Assembly (NCBI RefSeq): GCF_009914755.1
Contig: NC_060937.1
Source: the human T2T-CHM13v2.0 reference genome, Homo sapiens
Length of the DNA stretch: 64,000 nucleotides
Strand: one strand, 5' to 3'
Below the pieces are notes generated by a model. The model was given only the letters and a program-made list of their open reading frames with translations, did not search any database and was not told the DNA's origin. Below, in pieces: positions 12,901 through 27,815 of this stretch (position 1 is its first letter; each line of letters opens with the position of its first letter). Made by a program: the position numbers and the translations under genes.

Positions 12901-15699
12901 CTATATTAGTAAAATTACACACTAGCATCCAATTACATAAAACTGTGCTATAGAGAAAAAACCTTTATTACTCAGCAAGTGAGTAGTTAGCTCTTCTTGT
13001 ATGGTTATTGATTGACTTACTTTTACATTAGTCTACTTTAGCAAGAAAAATATCCAGAAAATATCTAATGCCGGCCTGGAAAACAAATTTTATCACTCTT
13101 GCCAATCATTAATTTACAGGAGCTGCTGAAAATATGCTCCCCTAAGAAGGATCTTAAACCATCTCTAGGTTTAGTGGAAAATGAGTTGTTATTAATCATC
13201 CATGTCTGTCATAAGTAAAGGGTAGGGCTGGGGGGCAGGGAGTATGGTGGGTGCAGTGCTGAGGTGCAAGAGTGCCATATATTTACTGACCCCAGTCTAA
13301 CACCTTCTTAAATTAGACCAAGATCTTTGCTTCATTATAAATACTGAGGCGTTCTTTGGCTTAAATTCAGAAATATTAAAAAGCATTTTCCTCACTCCAA
13401 AACTGGCTTCACGTGATCACTGCCTGAAGGGATATTATAATGGCCATGGCTTTGTCATCTCTCCTGACCCAGTGATACACGTGCAAACTCATAATTCACT
13501 TTATTGTCTTTTGTGATCTGTAATGCTTTCTTCAGTAGCTTTTGTGTCTATGGTGCAATTTTTAAGTTTTATAATAACCTCTATCTTGTTCTTTCCTACT
13601 GTGAGATTGTATTTCCAAACTAATATTTAATATATACCATATTTTATCAATTCAATTATAATTATCAGTTATTCTAATATGTAGTGTACTTCAGAATGAT
13701 GAAATCACAAAGAAAGAGTAATGATACCAAAAAGGAATTGGTAAGAATATGAATTTGGGCATTTGAATCTGAAAGTTTACCATATTTTCTTTCCTTTTCC
13801 ACAGAGACCCAACTATTGTTAAAGAGAACCTAGGTACCACAAACTGTATAAAGTTAATATTTGTATAATTCATTTTCTATAATGTCAAGCCCAGTTCTTG
13901 CTACTTCTTGTATGGGAAACGAAGGTTAAACTGTAAGTCAGGAACCTTGGACTCTCCTAGTCCTGGCTTTTAAACTAGCTGACTATATAATCTTGGGTAA
14001 GTCACTTCACTGCTCAAGGCTCAATTCCCTAGCCCACAAACTGGTGAGCTGCATAAGAATCGAGACTGCCAGTCCAGCTGCCTTACTGCTCCTGAGTTCT
14101 GTGATTTAAGTACCTCAGACTTCAATTCTCATTGCCTTTTATCTCTTTGTTTTCTGCTCTCCACCAAATTATTGACTTCAACCACAATTCTACAACCAGT
14201 TTTTCCTATTAATTCTATGAATTTTTAGAGCTCCTTTTTATTCAGTAGTTATTATTATCCAAGTAACTGTTTACATTGCTGTTCAATGAAGTATGACTTA
14301 ATCTAATAACTGTAAGTATAGTATCTAGTGTAGTCTTAATAGCATCACTGTTCAGATCAAATATAGCCCTCAAGGAAGCAATCAGCTATGATTGCTGTTC
14401 TGAAAAAATAAAAAAAGGAATTCTGAAAAAGAGAAGGAAAAAGTTGATTCAAGACTTATCTCTAACAGTTAACTGCAAGATTGGCAAGACAGAAACCAAA
14501 ATATTTACAAAGGCTATCTTTGGGAGGTAACAATATGGATGACTTTTTGCCACTTTTTAATATTTCCTTCATTTTTCAAATTTTAAAAGAATTGTCTATT
14601 GCTACTTAATGGTTAAACGTATTACAATAGTCTATTTTATAAATTCTTTGTAGTGGGTAAAAACCACAATGATTAACAAACATGCATTAAAACAGCTTTC
14701 ATAGTGCTTCTAAGAGAAATCAGGTATATATGAGGAAATTCTCAAAGCCTCTGTTTGCTAAAGGGAAAAATGAACAAAAAGAAGCTGCTTAAGCAGCTTT
14801 CATTACAATCTATTCTAGACCATTAAAAATCACCTTCCATTTTCCTTCCAACTCTTAAGATGGGAAAAACTAAATATTTAATATATAGCTAGCAAGTTAA
14901 TTTTGTATCAAATTTATAAAAAGGTGTCATAGTATTCTTATTTGCTCAGTGTATACTCAATGCATACAGTGCATATATGACCATTTAATAAAGGATGACA
15001 TGACTACTTTAAATTAATTACAAAATTTCAAAACCCAAGCTCCCACTCCCCCCACCTCACACATATGATTTATGAAGACATTCTAATATGTTACCACTCA
15101 ACCTTTTGATTTTTCCATTTCACTGTACAGCCTGGGTTTGGTTATCAATCATACTACTTAATAGCTGTGACATCCTAGACATGCCACTTAACTGTCCTGG
15201 AAGCTAAGTTTCTTAGTGTTAATACCATTATCACCAACATCTGTTTTGTTTTGTGTAGTTTACAAAATATTTTCATATATATTAATTCTATGGATACCCA
15301 CACCACCCTCATTGTCTCATTTTGCAAATGACTTACCTCCCAAAGTCACATGCCTAGTAGCAAGACCAATGCTTACACAAAGTTAAATATCCTAACTACT
15401 CAGAACACTATTGTAAAGCTCAAATGAGACAATATGTATGTATTTTCTAAGCTCTGTAACTTTCTGTAAAAATATAAAGTAGCATATTATTTTCTATGTT
15501 CCCTTCTTATGGAAGTAGTAGTTGCATTCAATGATCTCCCGTTGTGCCCAGGTATAAAAGTGCAAGTTGGAAGAGTTTTTAACTTTTAATTGAAAAAAAA
15601 TTGGATTAACTAAAGACTATTTATATTTTTAACACAGTATGATCATGCTCAATAGAATATAAATCTTTCTTTTCCTCAAAATAATATAAACATCTCTAC

Positions 15700-17270
15700 A
15701 AGGTATTAATCATGCATTCAAAAATTTTGAGCACCTACCCTAGACACCTACTGGGTACACATGATGTAAAACATAGATGGATGTCTGAAAACATGGAACT
15801 AACAGTACAGCGATGAAGACAGGTAAACAAGCAAACAAACAAAAGACAACTTGTGGGAAAATGCTATAAAGAAGTAACAGGGTCAACAGGGTCCTAGAAT
15901 AGGGAACCTGGGGAGAGGGAGCTTGAGAAAGGGATACTTGCACTGAGACCTGAAGAAGGAGTCAGAAATGCAAAGAGTAGGTGGTAGAACAGTTTAGGCA
16001 GTGGGAACTTCATGCATAAAAACTCCAAAGCAGAAAAGAAAAAGCCTTGGCACATCTGAGGAAAAAATAAATAAATCAGCACAGAATGGTAACTGAGGAA
16101 GACAGCCACCAATAAGGCTGAAGAGCAAGCAAGAGTCAGATCTCACACAGCCTGGGAAGGAATTTAAATATTAAAGTGGACTGTGAAACCATTAAAAAGT
16201 TTTCAGCAGTGGAGCATGGTCCAATTTACACTGAAGGTCATCATGGCTGTTGTACGGATAGAGCATTCTTTCCTTAGGAACAGAAGCTGACAGACCCCTT
16301 AGAAGACTTTGCAAGAGTTTAGTTGAGATGACAAAAGCCTGGACAGGGATGGAGGCAGTGAAGAAGATATGTTTCCACTAAATATAGAGTCATCTCTAGG
16401 CATTAGTGGGGTCTATGTTTCAGGACCCTGCCTTCTGACCCCCGCCCACAGATAACAAAAACCAAGGACGCTCTGGTTCCTGATCTAAAATAACACAGTA
16501 TTTCCATATAACCTAGCACATCCTCCTATATACTTTAAATCACTCTAAATTACTTTTAATACCTAATACAAATGACTATATATTAATTTATTTGTGTGGA
16601 TCCAACATAGTGTTCAGACTGCAGAAAATTCAAGTTTTGCTTTTTGAAACTTTGTGAAATTTTTTTTTCCTGGATATTTTCAATTCACAGTTGGTTAATC
16701 CACAGACACAGAACCTATGAATATGAAAGGCCCACTGTATATTTTAGGAGTAAAAAATACAACTTGCTGAGGTATGTGATATGAATAATGGAGAAACTGA
16801 GGAATTAAGGTTATTCCACATACCTGATTGAGCAACTGGGAGAATGATGATGGTATCAATAGGATCAATCCTAAATTTGTTTTTTAAAAAGTGGAGATGT
16901 TAAAAATAACTGGCCACGTGATTAAGGAATTCAGAGGAGATTGTCTGGGCTAGAAATACACATTTGGGGGTCATCAGCATTTAAGTGGTATTTAGCCTGG
17001 GAACTGATCCAATTCTAGAAAAGAGAGAGATAGAAGAGAGCACAGACTGAGCTCTGAAGAAGGCTAATATTTAAAAAGCAAATAAAGAGTTGGCCAAAGA
17101 AACTGAGAGGGAATAGCTAATGAGACAGTAAGAAAATCATGTATATGGGGTCACAGAAACCAAAAGAAGAAAGTGTTTAAAAGGCCAGATGCTGTACTGT
17201 TTTAAGTGCTGCTGAGAGGCCAAGTAAGATGAAGACAAGGCATCTTTTGGATTTGTAAACTGAAGACCAG
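15700..17270 (-). mobile_element. L2 fragment
   Basis: CATTCAAAAATTTTGAGCACCTAC end motif followed by a purine-rich L2 body (GGGGTCATCAGCAT...). Confidence 0.7.
16385..16740 (+). mobile_element. MER2/MER2B (TcMar-Tigger) inserted within an L2
   Basis: CAGGACCC...CATATAACCTAGCACATCCTCCTATATACTTTAAATCA...CAGTTGGTT..ATCCACAG...ACTGTA. Confidence 0.75.
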
Positions 17271-17689
17271 TGGTGTATAGTACATTTTGTGCAAAGCCTT
17301 TGTAAATATTTAATAACTAGTTAATATTCTACTAAGTGAAAATACAGGTATTTTTAGTGTAACAGTGAGTTTTCTACGTGTGAATTAGATATTTTAAATT
17401 AAGGAACATGATTTGCCTTATTTGAACTGATGTTGTTTATAATGCAAGCTATGATTGGAAACCAGCACTCTGCTTAGGAAGAAGTAGCTGCGCACACAAC
17501 AGAAGGATACAAAATGACTTAGTTTGAAAGGCTGGCTACAATGTGGGAATGTGTTCTTTTGCTCACTGTTAAAAATTATGAATTTTGGGCCTTTACAATA
17601 AAGACCTGGAAAACGTACTCAACTTTTACTAGCTATGTATAGACCCTTGACATCGTTCAAGTCAATGGTGGTACAGGTTAAAGTACCTG

Positions 17690-18015
17690 GGGAGGAAGGG
17701 TCATTTCTCAAAGCACTGCTAGGGAAAAGCCTTTTGCCCATCCACTTTTTCACCACCCAGAACACAATGTGATCTTTGGAATTATTATACGATAATCTTT
17801 GGACCATGGGGAGGAAATCCATAAACTAAGGAAAGCAGAGCAAGTAGACAGGAGGATACTGGTCCCTCGAGGGTACTTCTCAGGCCACTGTACTAGCCCT
17901 GGACTGCCACTTTCCAAATTTCTTGTTGCAGAATAATATAAACTCTTTACTTATTTTAATCTACTAAGTGTGATTTTGCAGTTACTAATTGCTAAACTCA
18001 ATATTAATTGATACA
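17690..18015 (+). mobile_element. MLT1-type (ERVL-MaLR) LTR fragment
   Basis: AGCCCTGGACTGCC...TTTCTTGTT...TTACT...TAATTGATACA is a typical MLT1 3' end. Confidence 0.6.
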
Positions 18016-18069
18016 TGCCATGTTTGTTTCATTCCTTCCTAAGAGTATTTTAAAATGAAGCAATGTTTA

Positions 18070-18566
18070 ACACAGTTAAGAGGACATTAGAGCTACAGTA
18101 AACTCCACTGCAACTAGTACTAGCCATGTGACCTAGTTCTGGACAAAGAGGTGTATGGAAGACTGATGGGGGCTTCTAGGAAATTTAATCCTATGCTGCA
18201 AAGAAGAGAGAGCTGCGGAAGGAAACTGGTAGATAGACTGTCCCTGCCATGCCCTCCATGCCATTCCTCACCAGTTGCTCTTCTTGTCTTTCAACTGGTT
18301 GTGATACCTAGAGCACACAGCTATCTTGAAAGTACTGAGCAACAAGCACAAGGATAAAAAGGCTACCTCCAATAATGAAAAATACCTGGCTGCTTGATAA
18401 CATCACTAAGCTGCTAGACTAGCCAGAATGCCTTTTTCCCAATTTCTTGTTATGTGAGATAATTAAATATCTTTAGTGATAAAGTCACTATTAGTTGGGG
18501 TTGTTTGGGGTTTTTGTGTTTTTTTGGTTGGTTGTTTTTGCAGCTAAAAGCATTCCTAACTGATAC
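18070..18566 (+). mobile_element. MLT1-type (ERVL-MaLR) LTR
   Basis: GCCATGTGACCTAGTTCTGG...TTCTTGTTATGTGAGATAA...GCAGCTAAAAGCATTCCTAACTGATACA. Confidence 0.7.
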
Positions 18567-19239
18567 ACTCTCTATCTTCTCTCAAATATCCAAGTATCTT
18601 CATGCTGCCCTTTAAATAAACAAAATTCAAAATTTTATCCCTTACTCCGGCTCCATCTCACTTCAAAATTTCTTCTCCAATATAGGTTGAACTCGTACTA
18701 ATGTTCCTCTACTTGAAATGCTCCCCCATCTAAATCTTATCAATTTGTAAAAGGCCTAGCTTAATTCCTGTATCCTTCAAGAAGCCTCTCCAAGCCACAC
18801 GGTTTAAGTCTTGAAGTCCACAATTCTCTGAATGTATTGACAGTCTTACCATTATTTATTCCCCATGTAAACCTTCCCTTTCAAATCAGCACAGGGTTTA
18901 GCCAATTCAAAATTCAATTCTAAGAGTTTTCAGGCTGGGAATGTTGAATATCTGCACTTTGGGCTCTTATTGCTGAACTCTTGTACAAAGCCTACCTGCA
19001 AGAACCACTACTCATGGTTATATCACTTTAAGTATATGCAGCTCATTTTCTCTTCTGGATTAATACACTCTTAGCCAAGTGTATAAATCAGAATATATTT
19101 GTGGAACTTTCCAAAATACATACTCCAAGGCACCACCCCAGACATACTGAATCATTTCCAAGGTCATATATGTTGAAGGTATCAGGTGATTCTGATGTGT
19201 ACTCCTAGGTAAGATTTTTCTAACTCTAGATACTCTAGA

Positions 19240-19670
19240 ATTGCACTATTCCATACAGTAGCTACTGGCCATATACAGCTATTGAGCACTTGAAATTAAT
19301 TTAAATTTAAAAATTGATATATGAGATTCAGTTACCAGAAAACCTTAAGCATGTTTGGAACTTGGATATATGAATTTATTTTTTCAACTGTAAATTTTAT
19401 GAAATATAGACTATTTCTAATGAAAATCTGACATCTGAATTCAGATGTGCTCTAAGTATAATGCACCTTAGATTCTGAAGACTTAGTATGAAAAAAGGTA
19501 AAACACTATCAATAATTTTGTATCAATTAGATGTTGAAATTATAATATTTTGGATATATCAAGTGAAATGTTATTAAAATTAATTTTACCTGTTGTCTTT
19601 TAACTTTAATGTGGCTACCAGAAAATTTAAAATTACATATGTTGTGTTCTATTTCTATTGGACAGTGCTA
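19240..19670. mobile_element. Charlie1/MER33-type hAT element
   Basis: GCACTATTCCATACAGTAGCTACTGGCCA...ATGTGGCTACCAGAAAATTTAAAATTACATATG...ATTGGACAGTGC. Confidence 0.7.
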
Positions 19671-20149
19671 TTTTCTAAAGAGTCATTTTTACCCAATTGT
19701 GACTAAGAGTTACGTCATTAAAAATACCCATTACATTTACTTGGAGAGAACTAGTCAATGTCTCCTTTATAAGGGCCTATGTAAGACATTTCTCTCAGAC
19801 TTCAGTGTCAGGAAAAAAATTTCTTTTCCTAAGCAATTGCTATAGTTTTAATTTATGAATACTATGAATCTTATTATCAATCAGATATCTCCCTTTGCCT
19901 TGCTGAGAGCCAAATTACAGCCAAACTTCAGTAATTGCATAGAACGTCAGGAAACGCTTCTCCAGCTAGCCCAATCATAGTATTCTTCTTCATTTTCTCT
20001 TTGCTCAGAAATTATTTTTCTTCTTGAAAGTCATAAATCTTTTTTTACAATGAAAAAAGTAATTATCTTCAGTAAGAACCAAAGCCTGGGAAATACCAAA
20101 ACAACTTAAGGCAAAGGCATATTTATTTAAGTAAAATATGAAAAGTTGT

Positions 20150-20460
20150 AAAGTTGGCTTTATCCTCGAGACTCTGCATTCACAGGTTCAACCAACCACA
20201 GATTGAAAATATTTGGAAAACACTGAAAACAATGCAACAATTAAAAATAATGCAAATAAAAAACAATACATAGAACAACATTAAATTGTATTAGTTGTAA
20301 GTAATCTAGAGATAATTTAACATACAGGAAAGGACGTGCATAGGTTATATGCAAATACTGCACCATTTTATATCACGGACTTGAAGCATCTGTGGATTTT
20401 GGCATTGGGTGATGGTAGGGTCCTGAACAAATCCTTCCCTCATACTGAGAGATGACTGTA
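20150..20460 (-). mobile_element. MER2 (TcMar-Tigger), opposite orientation to the 16385 copy
   Basis: TTCAACCAACCACAGATTGAAAATATTT...GTGCATAGGTTATATGCAAATACT...GATGACTGTA. Confidence 0.8.
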
Positions 20461-23150
20461 TTCAATTCCTCAAACTGCTACTTTTTAAATTCACTTTGCA
20501 TCATTATTTTCAAGAAATAAAGCAACCTTTAAACACCACCACAATATTCTCATATGCTTTGGGGAAGAAGACTCAGAGCCACTTTTGAAATAAAATTAAA
20601 ATCCTCAGAAGAAAAAGATGTAATTAATGAATATTAGTGACACTGTTCTGGTTATCTAATGAAATAATGTTCAGAGTTACAAAAGAAGGAATGCATGCAA
20701 ATCACGCTTCTTCAGCTTATTCAAGAGGGTTACTTTCTATTCTGAGTTATTAGGTCTAATCCAAGAAGAAACAGTAGTTTTAGGTCTAATTTAGAATCTT
20801 TCTTTTTTTTAAAGAGTATCTAATGTTATTTTGCTGTAGATTTTGTGAAGTTATATTGCACAGCCAATAAGAATAAATACAGGTTGTTTTAATTACTTCA
20901 AATATCAAAAATCATACAAGGTCTTTCAGCAGTTACAAATTTTACTCATCAGTCCTTAACTAAAACTGAGCCTGCCTGCTAGCTTACAGACGTTCTCAAG
21001 GAAAACAAATTTATATTCTACCAAACAGAAAATCTAGAACAAATTAATGGCAATGACATGAAAACCTATTAAGAGCTTCTACTGTTATCATAAATAATCA
21101 TTTAATATATAGAGATATATAACAACTATATAATAAAAAATAATAAAAATTTTATTTGGGATGCCAAGCCAAATTTTGTACATGAGTAAAGAGAAAAACT
21201 TTAATACTCTTTCAACAAGTCATCAAATAAATATTAACACCCACTCTTTTCCAAGCACTGTAATAGGCCCAAGATGTAAGGGCCTATTATAAAGTTGAAT
21301 AAGATGCCCATGTGCCATGCTGTCCCAGCACATAAGCTAATGAGATAGACCAGAGTTTTATTAAAGAATGACCTAGGCGGGCTGCTGTCCAGAAATACAC
21401 CACTGGAATATGATTGGCCATGTGTGGTTGCAGTCAGCAGAAGTTCCAAAACTGAACAATATATTTTTACCAGAATTAATTAAATTTTATTGTGTAATTT
21501 TAAATGGCCTTTAGAAAGCTGCCTGGTTCAGAAAAATCATGCAATAAGATCTAAGGGATTAAAACTACCAAACCTTCAGAAATGTTTTGTCTAATTATTT
21601 CTAGAAAACTGACCCTGCATTGGCCAGTAGAAAACGAATTAGTAGGTATTTGTTTCTATATAGAAATGTTATAAAATCAGTTTATTCCTCTTCTATTAAA
21701 TATATGTTGGGCAAATATTTAAGATTATTATTACTGTGTTAGTTCACCAACTATTAGTTCCCATCCCCTATGAATTGTCCTAACTCTGCGCAAAACACAG
21801 TAGCAATTGAAATGTCAATCCAGTGTGTACTACAACAGAAATCCTGTGTCACTGGGGCACAAAGAGTGAGCACCAATACAGATTTACAAGGGTCTGAAAC
21901 AGCATCCCAGAGAATTCTAAAGACTCAGCTGAGATTTCAAATAGAACGAGTTAGATGAGTGGGAAATGGGTGTGTGGGGGGGAGAAATATCTCATATAAT
22001 AAATCAGCTTCAAACTTCTGAGATCCTCTAGTCTGGATACCAAAAATGATAAATACATACTTTGGGAAATGACCATGAATTACCCACCTACCATAGATCA
22101 AAGATATTAAAAGTATTTTATCCAAGTTAGAAATGTGTTAATAACTTCCTGAACAAATAAATTTGTGAGGTCTAGAAGCCAAGGAATATGTATAACCCAC
22201 AGCTAAACTAAACAAACAAAACCCCATTTTATTGTTGCTCTTCTGAATGCCACTTTATTCCCAAATATGTACTGTCTTTCCAACCCAGAACCATAAAATA
22301 AAACTTCAGGCAATGTTACTGACATTTTAGGGAAATTCTCAGTGTGCTTTCTGAATTGCCTAAAAATCTATCTAAAAGTTACCAGATGAGTGGGTTTCCA
22401 TGTCATTCACAAAGTGATTAAACAAGATGCCAATTCAAATAGAAAAGCACTCAATGAAAGATGTCTGGATAACTTACCTACTGCAATGAAGGAACTGAAC
22501 TCATACAGGTCTATCTTAGCTTTATCTTTGGGAGCTACCTCAACTTGAGAACAGCTGAATAATCTATACATTTCTGATGTAGGTAAGTTTAACACCTTTC
22601 AATATCTATCAAATAACCAGTTTCTGCATGGAGTCATCATAAATATCATTTATCACACAATGATGCTTTTAGGACATATTAGGTAGGTGCTCAGGGCTAT
22701 TTTCCACTAAACTTCAGAATGCTATGCTACGAATTCTGTTAGCTTTGTAGGATTTTTTTCCCCACTGTCACCAGGATCTGACTAAGAAGAAATAATCTAT
22801 TTTTAAATAAGACAATATGAATGAAAGTATTTTAACTGAAAAGCAAAAAGCACTCTGTAAACATATTACAATTTTATTATTGAATAATATTAATATTATT
22901 ACATTACTTTGTCTAGAGTCCCTTCTCCTCAATTAAAGCAATATGGTATTGAAGAAATTGACTAAATTATGGAATATAACCACAGAGTTTAGGGAATTTA
23001 CTTTTAGAACCAAGTAACAATAAGGAATTTTTACCATATAAGCTGACTGTTTTGACTATCTAAAACAAATCTCTTGCTATGTGCTGAAGTAATCAGTTTT
23101 AAACTGTTTACCTAAAATAATAGCAAATGTGTCTAAAATAAAAGTAAATG

Positions 23151-23428
23151 AGCCAGGTACATTGGCTCATGCCTGTAATCCCAGCACTTTGGGAGGACAA
23201 GGTAGGAGGATTGAATAAGCCCAAGAGTTTGAGACCAGCCCGGGCAACATGGTGAGATTTTGTATCTACAAAAAAAAAAATTGTTGGGCATGGTGGCACA
23301 TGCCTGTGGTCCCAACTACTCAGGAGGCTGAGGTGGGAGGATTGTTTGAGCCCATGAGTTCATGGTTGCAGTAAACTGTGTTTGTGCCACTGTACTCCAG
23401 GCTGGGTGACTGAGCAAGACCCTGTCTC

Positions 23429-23457
<29 letters not shown>
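23151..23457 (+). mobile_element. AluJ with A29 tail
   Basis: AluJ-type sequence with a pure A tract at 23429-23457. Confidence 0.92.
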
Positions 23458-23459
<2 letters not shown>

Positions 23460-26400
23460 AACAATGTTGAACTCTGAAAATCTTCTAGGAGTAAAGTTTA
23501 TAAATTTGGTTACAAGAATCTGTGTAATATTTTTATTGCTTGGAGACATTTGCTATTTCCTTGTTCTTGGATAAACTCTAGGTAGCAGACTGCTGCTATA
23601 CCTAACTGCTAGGTAAATTAGGGTTATCTATCACCTCTGGATTCAAGATGTGAGACGCAAAAGTTATCCTGCCTGCATACAACAATCCCCCAAAGACAAA
23701 AACCATGGCAGTGCTGCCATGCCGTTTCCTCATTATTCCTGGACATTTTGTACTGAGAACTGTTTGATTCCAAGTTTCAGTGCTAAATACTAAACCACCT
23801 CAATCTTTAAAGTCACTTTAGGAGGAAAATACATTACCTTCTTGTCTGCGACATTTTATTTATTCTGGAGTAAATAAATAAAAGCATTTTCTAGTTTAGA
23901 ATCTGAATGTCATTTGGGGAAGTCTACAGTTACCATAGCTTGGTATGCAACACGCGTAAGATGAAAACATAAACTGTAATAACTAAAGCTAAGTTTTTCT
24001 GTTTGTTTTGCCTCTTATCTGATGGATAAATGGGCAGCAGAACCTTCGAATTTTTTAAATGAATTAAGCCATTCAGGTTTGCTCCAATGTTTTAATCACT
24101 GCTTAGTCCCTGCTCTACTTGGTAGGGGAGGGGTACAGGGTTATGATGATAAAGCCGGCTGAGGTGATGGAAATAAGAATGGGTCAGGGGAGGAACAGGA
24201 AAGAGACCAGAAGCAAAATAGCTGAAATGTATTAGAAAGGAAAGCGTTTCTGGAGGTTTTCTATTTTTTTCAATGTAATCTGTAATCCAACTCTAAAAGC
24301 AAAGTAATCATAGATAATTTTTTTAAAATTCCATTTAGCAGAAGATCAATGCTAAAATCCAATTTGTTAAGTGAAATACGTACAAATTCACATGTACATG
24401 TGTGCATGCATGTATAAACTTGTGCGTGTGGTAAATCCCTATTCTAATCCCAAACTGGGTCAGCATTCTGACAGATGGGAGAGCAGGGAGCTGGGTAAAT
24501 GGCAACCAGACATAAACAAGTGCTTTCTCTGTAAGCCAGGAATTCAAAATTAGATTTGATCCAGAGAATGTTTTAAACTTTTGCTTTTATCATTTGAGTT
24601 ACAGAAAATAACTTATACTAGCCTGAACTGACAGCAAAACTTTATTTTTTAAAATCTGACATAGCTCCTAGTTTAGCAAATTAAGGTGCTTCATTCACAA
24701 ATTGCATTTAGTCCCCATTTCAAATTCCTGGTATAGAACATATTATATGCAAATGTTCTGTCCTAGAAGCTGCATTACACCAGAATCAGCTCTGCATTTA
24801 CCCTTAACTGCACCAAGCAGTGAAAAAAGGAAGTTCAGCAGCAAAAGTAGCTAAAAATAAGAAAACAGTCATACTCTAACATTCACATATACTCACAGGC
24901 TTTCTAATTCATGATCAAGAAATCTAAATTTAGACTAACTAAGTAAAAAGATACTATCACACACATCCTTTTCAGTCAGGAAGAGAAAGTTAATATGTGC
25001 AAAGCCTTCAAAACACAGGAATTCAGAGACACTTAACATCAATTATTTAAACGACTACTAATCTTTTACAGAGCAAAGGAAAAAGAAAACTGTTTAGGTC
25101 ACTTGATCAGAAGTACACAAATAACTATTTTCTTCCTTTTCCTTCCAATAAAAAAGGAAGATGAAAACTAATAATTTCTCAAATTAAGGCCAATCAATCA
25201 CCTGACAAATTTTTCTCTGTTTAAGAACTATTTTTAAATGTTAAGGAAGTTTTTCCAGCCTTTCAAAAAAGTGTTTGTTTCCTTATTTTTAAAGTTCTGA
25301 CTTCACATAATACGCCTATCACAAGTGTGCTTGCACTTCACCTTAGTGGCCAATGTATAACAGCTTGTATATTTTGATAGCAAATTGAGACTTAATTCAT
25401 TTTAGTTTAAGACTAAAAAACCCAGAACTCTAAGAATACTGTCTCAGACAGAATTTAAAAAGACCTTTCCCATGCGTTCTCCCCTTCACAATGTTCACAA
25501 GACAAAAACCACTTTAACACTAATCACATTCTGAAATGTTAATTTTTCAATTGCTAAAAGATAGCAGCATCTTTACATGCTTTATATCTGTGTGTTTGAT
25601 AATATTAGGTAATTGCTGCTAATTTTTAAGGTGTGATAAGAGTATTATGGTTGTTTTAAAAATAATCACTATATATTACATATCTGGGAATATTTATGAA
25701 AGATGTGGAATTTGATTCAAAATAATTTAGAAGGAGCAAGTAGAGCAAGTACAAATACAGATAAAACATTACTGTCTATGAGGTGACCACTGTTGAAGCT
25801 GAGATATGGATACATGGAAGTTTTATTATAATATTCTCTCTACTTCTGTATGTTTGAAATTTTTCATGAAAGTTAAAATAAAAGTGCTTAGAAAATCCCA
25901 CCTAAGTGACTCTCTAAATATAATCTGAGAGAGTTAAACCCCATGTTTAGCTTTGGGACAGAAAAGGAGAACTATGAAGCGTAAAACGAAAGGCAAAGGC
26001 CAAGTAAGGTGATTTTGTTGCATTTACCCTTAACCACATCAAGGCTATCCATATCAGAAATCCTGGGATAAAGAAAGATGCTCAGAGTTCAAAAGAAACA
26101 GTTACCTGTGAATACAACATTTGGCCAAGTCCATAAACTAAGGAGATTGTTACAATGGTACTTCTACAAAGCTGGAAAAAAATTAACCTACCAATCACAG
26201 GACTAGAAGATTTAATACAATAAAGCAGTTATACTTTCTGTAATAGAACCTATATAATTACTGCTTACTTATGATAATGAATTAAAATACTAGGATACTG
26301 CAAAGTATGTAGCTTTCTTTTTATGAGCATTTTTCAAAAATAAAATTTCTTCTACCAGAAAAGACATCACTTTTTTTAAAAAAGGTAAAAGTTAGAAGAG

Positions 26401-26827
26401 AACCATATTTCCAAGTTGGAGAGAAATGATTTAGAAAGAATCCAAGGACCACACCACCGCCCCCACCCCCAAGAATTAATGATAAAGATTCATTAACGTC
26501 AAAGGGCTGATTTCAAGACCTGAGACCTCTATCACAGGAGATAATTCAAGGACAATAATCCTTTTTCCCCAATCCCTACCCCCAAAACTTTTCTATAGAC
26601 AACTGCAAAGATAAAATGTCAACCATTTCAAAAACGTAAAAGGTTCTACAAATAAGCTTTATAGGATGATTTATGGTGTTCCCATAAGCCTAACAATGTT
26701 TCTTAACTTATTCCAACATATGGCTTTTTCTTTCTTTTCTGGAAAGAAGCTTCTCTAATGAAGTCCTAATAGTAGTATGCGAGTGACCCTGAAAAGAAAG
26801 ATGTATCAGAAATTAGAATCCCACTGA

Positions 26828-27189
<362 letters not shown>

Positions 27190-27599
27190 TGAGTTTAGGA
27201 TACTCCCCAGATTCCTTGCGATCCTGGAGTTTATTTTTCACTCATGGTTCCTATATTTGAAATAGTATTAAACATTTAAAAACTATTATATCAAGCTTTT
27301 TTCTCCCTTGAGTTATCATCCACTACATTTCTGTCCTTTCATTCTAATGAATTAACTATAGACATTGCTTAAATCAACATATTAGGTTCTGACCATGAGA
27401 AAAACAGTAAACATAACTACATTCTAAAGTTACTGAAGTCAACCCTTCAGCTTATTTGCTATTATTTGTTAAATGACTGTTGTCTTTTTGTTCTATAATC
27501 TTACCACATGCATATATAAAATGAACTGCCTTATTTCTAATATATATAGTATTTAATAGCAGAGTATGCCTTCCCAGAATTCTGGGAATAACAGACTGT

Positions 27600-27815
27600 C
27601 ACATGATAGGCTCTGGAAACAGAATGCCAGGGTTTGAATCCTGGCTCCACCAGTTACCAGAAAACTGCTTTAAAATCTCCATGTTTCAGCTTCCTTATCT
27701 GTAAAATGGGGATAATAATAATACCTACCTAACAGCATTGTAGGGAAATTTTACTGAGTAAACATGTGTGAAGCATAAAACAGTGCCCACCTGGGCACTC
27801 AATAGATGCCAGCAA
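27600..27815 (+). mobile_element. MIR
   Basis: GGGTTTGAATCCTGGCTCCACC...TTCCTTATCTGTAAAATGGGGATAATAATA MIR core. Confidence 0.8.

Noticed and set aside
14782-14799. Perfect 18-bp palindrome AAGCTGCTTAAGCAGCTT
   Set aside because: About 0.25 such palindromes are expected by chance in 64 kb (64000/4^9), and there is no supporting context.
16385-20460. Two inverted MER2 copies as ends of a composite transposon
   Set aside because: Each copy has its own termini, they appear to be different variants, and no shared TSD was seen, so they are independent insertions.
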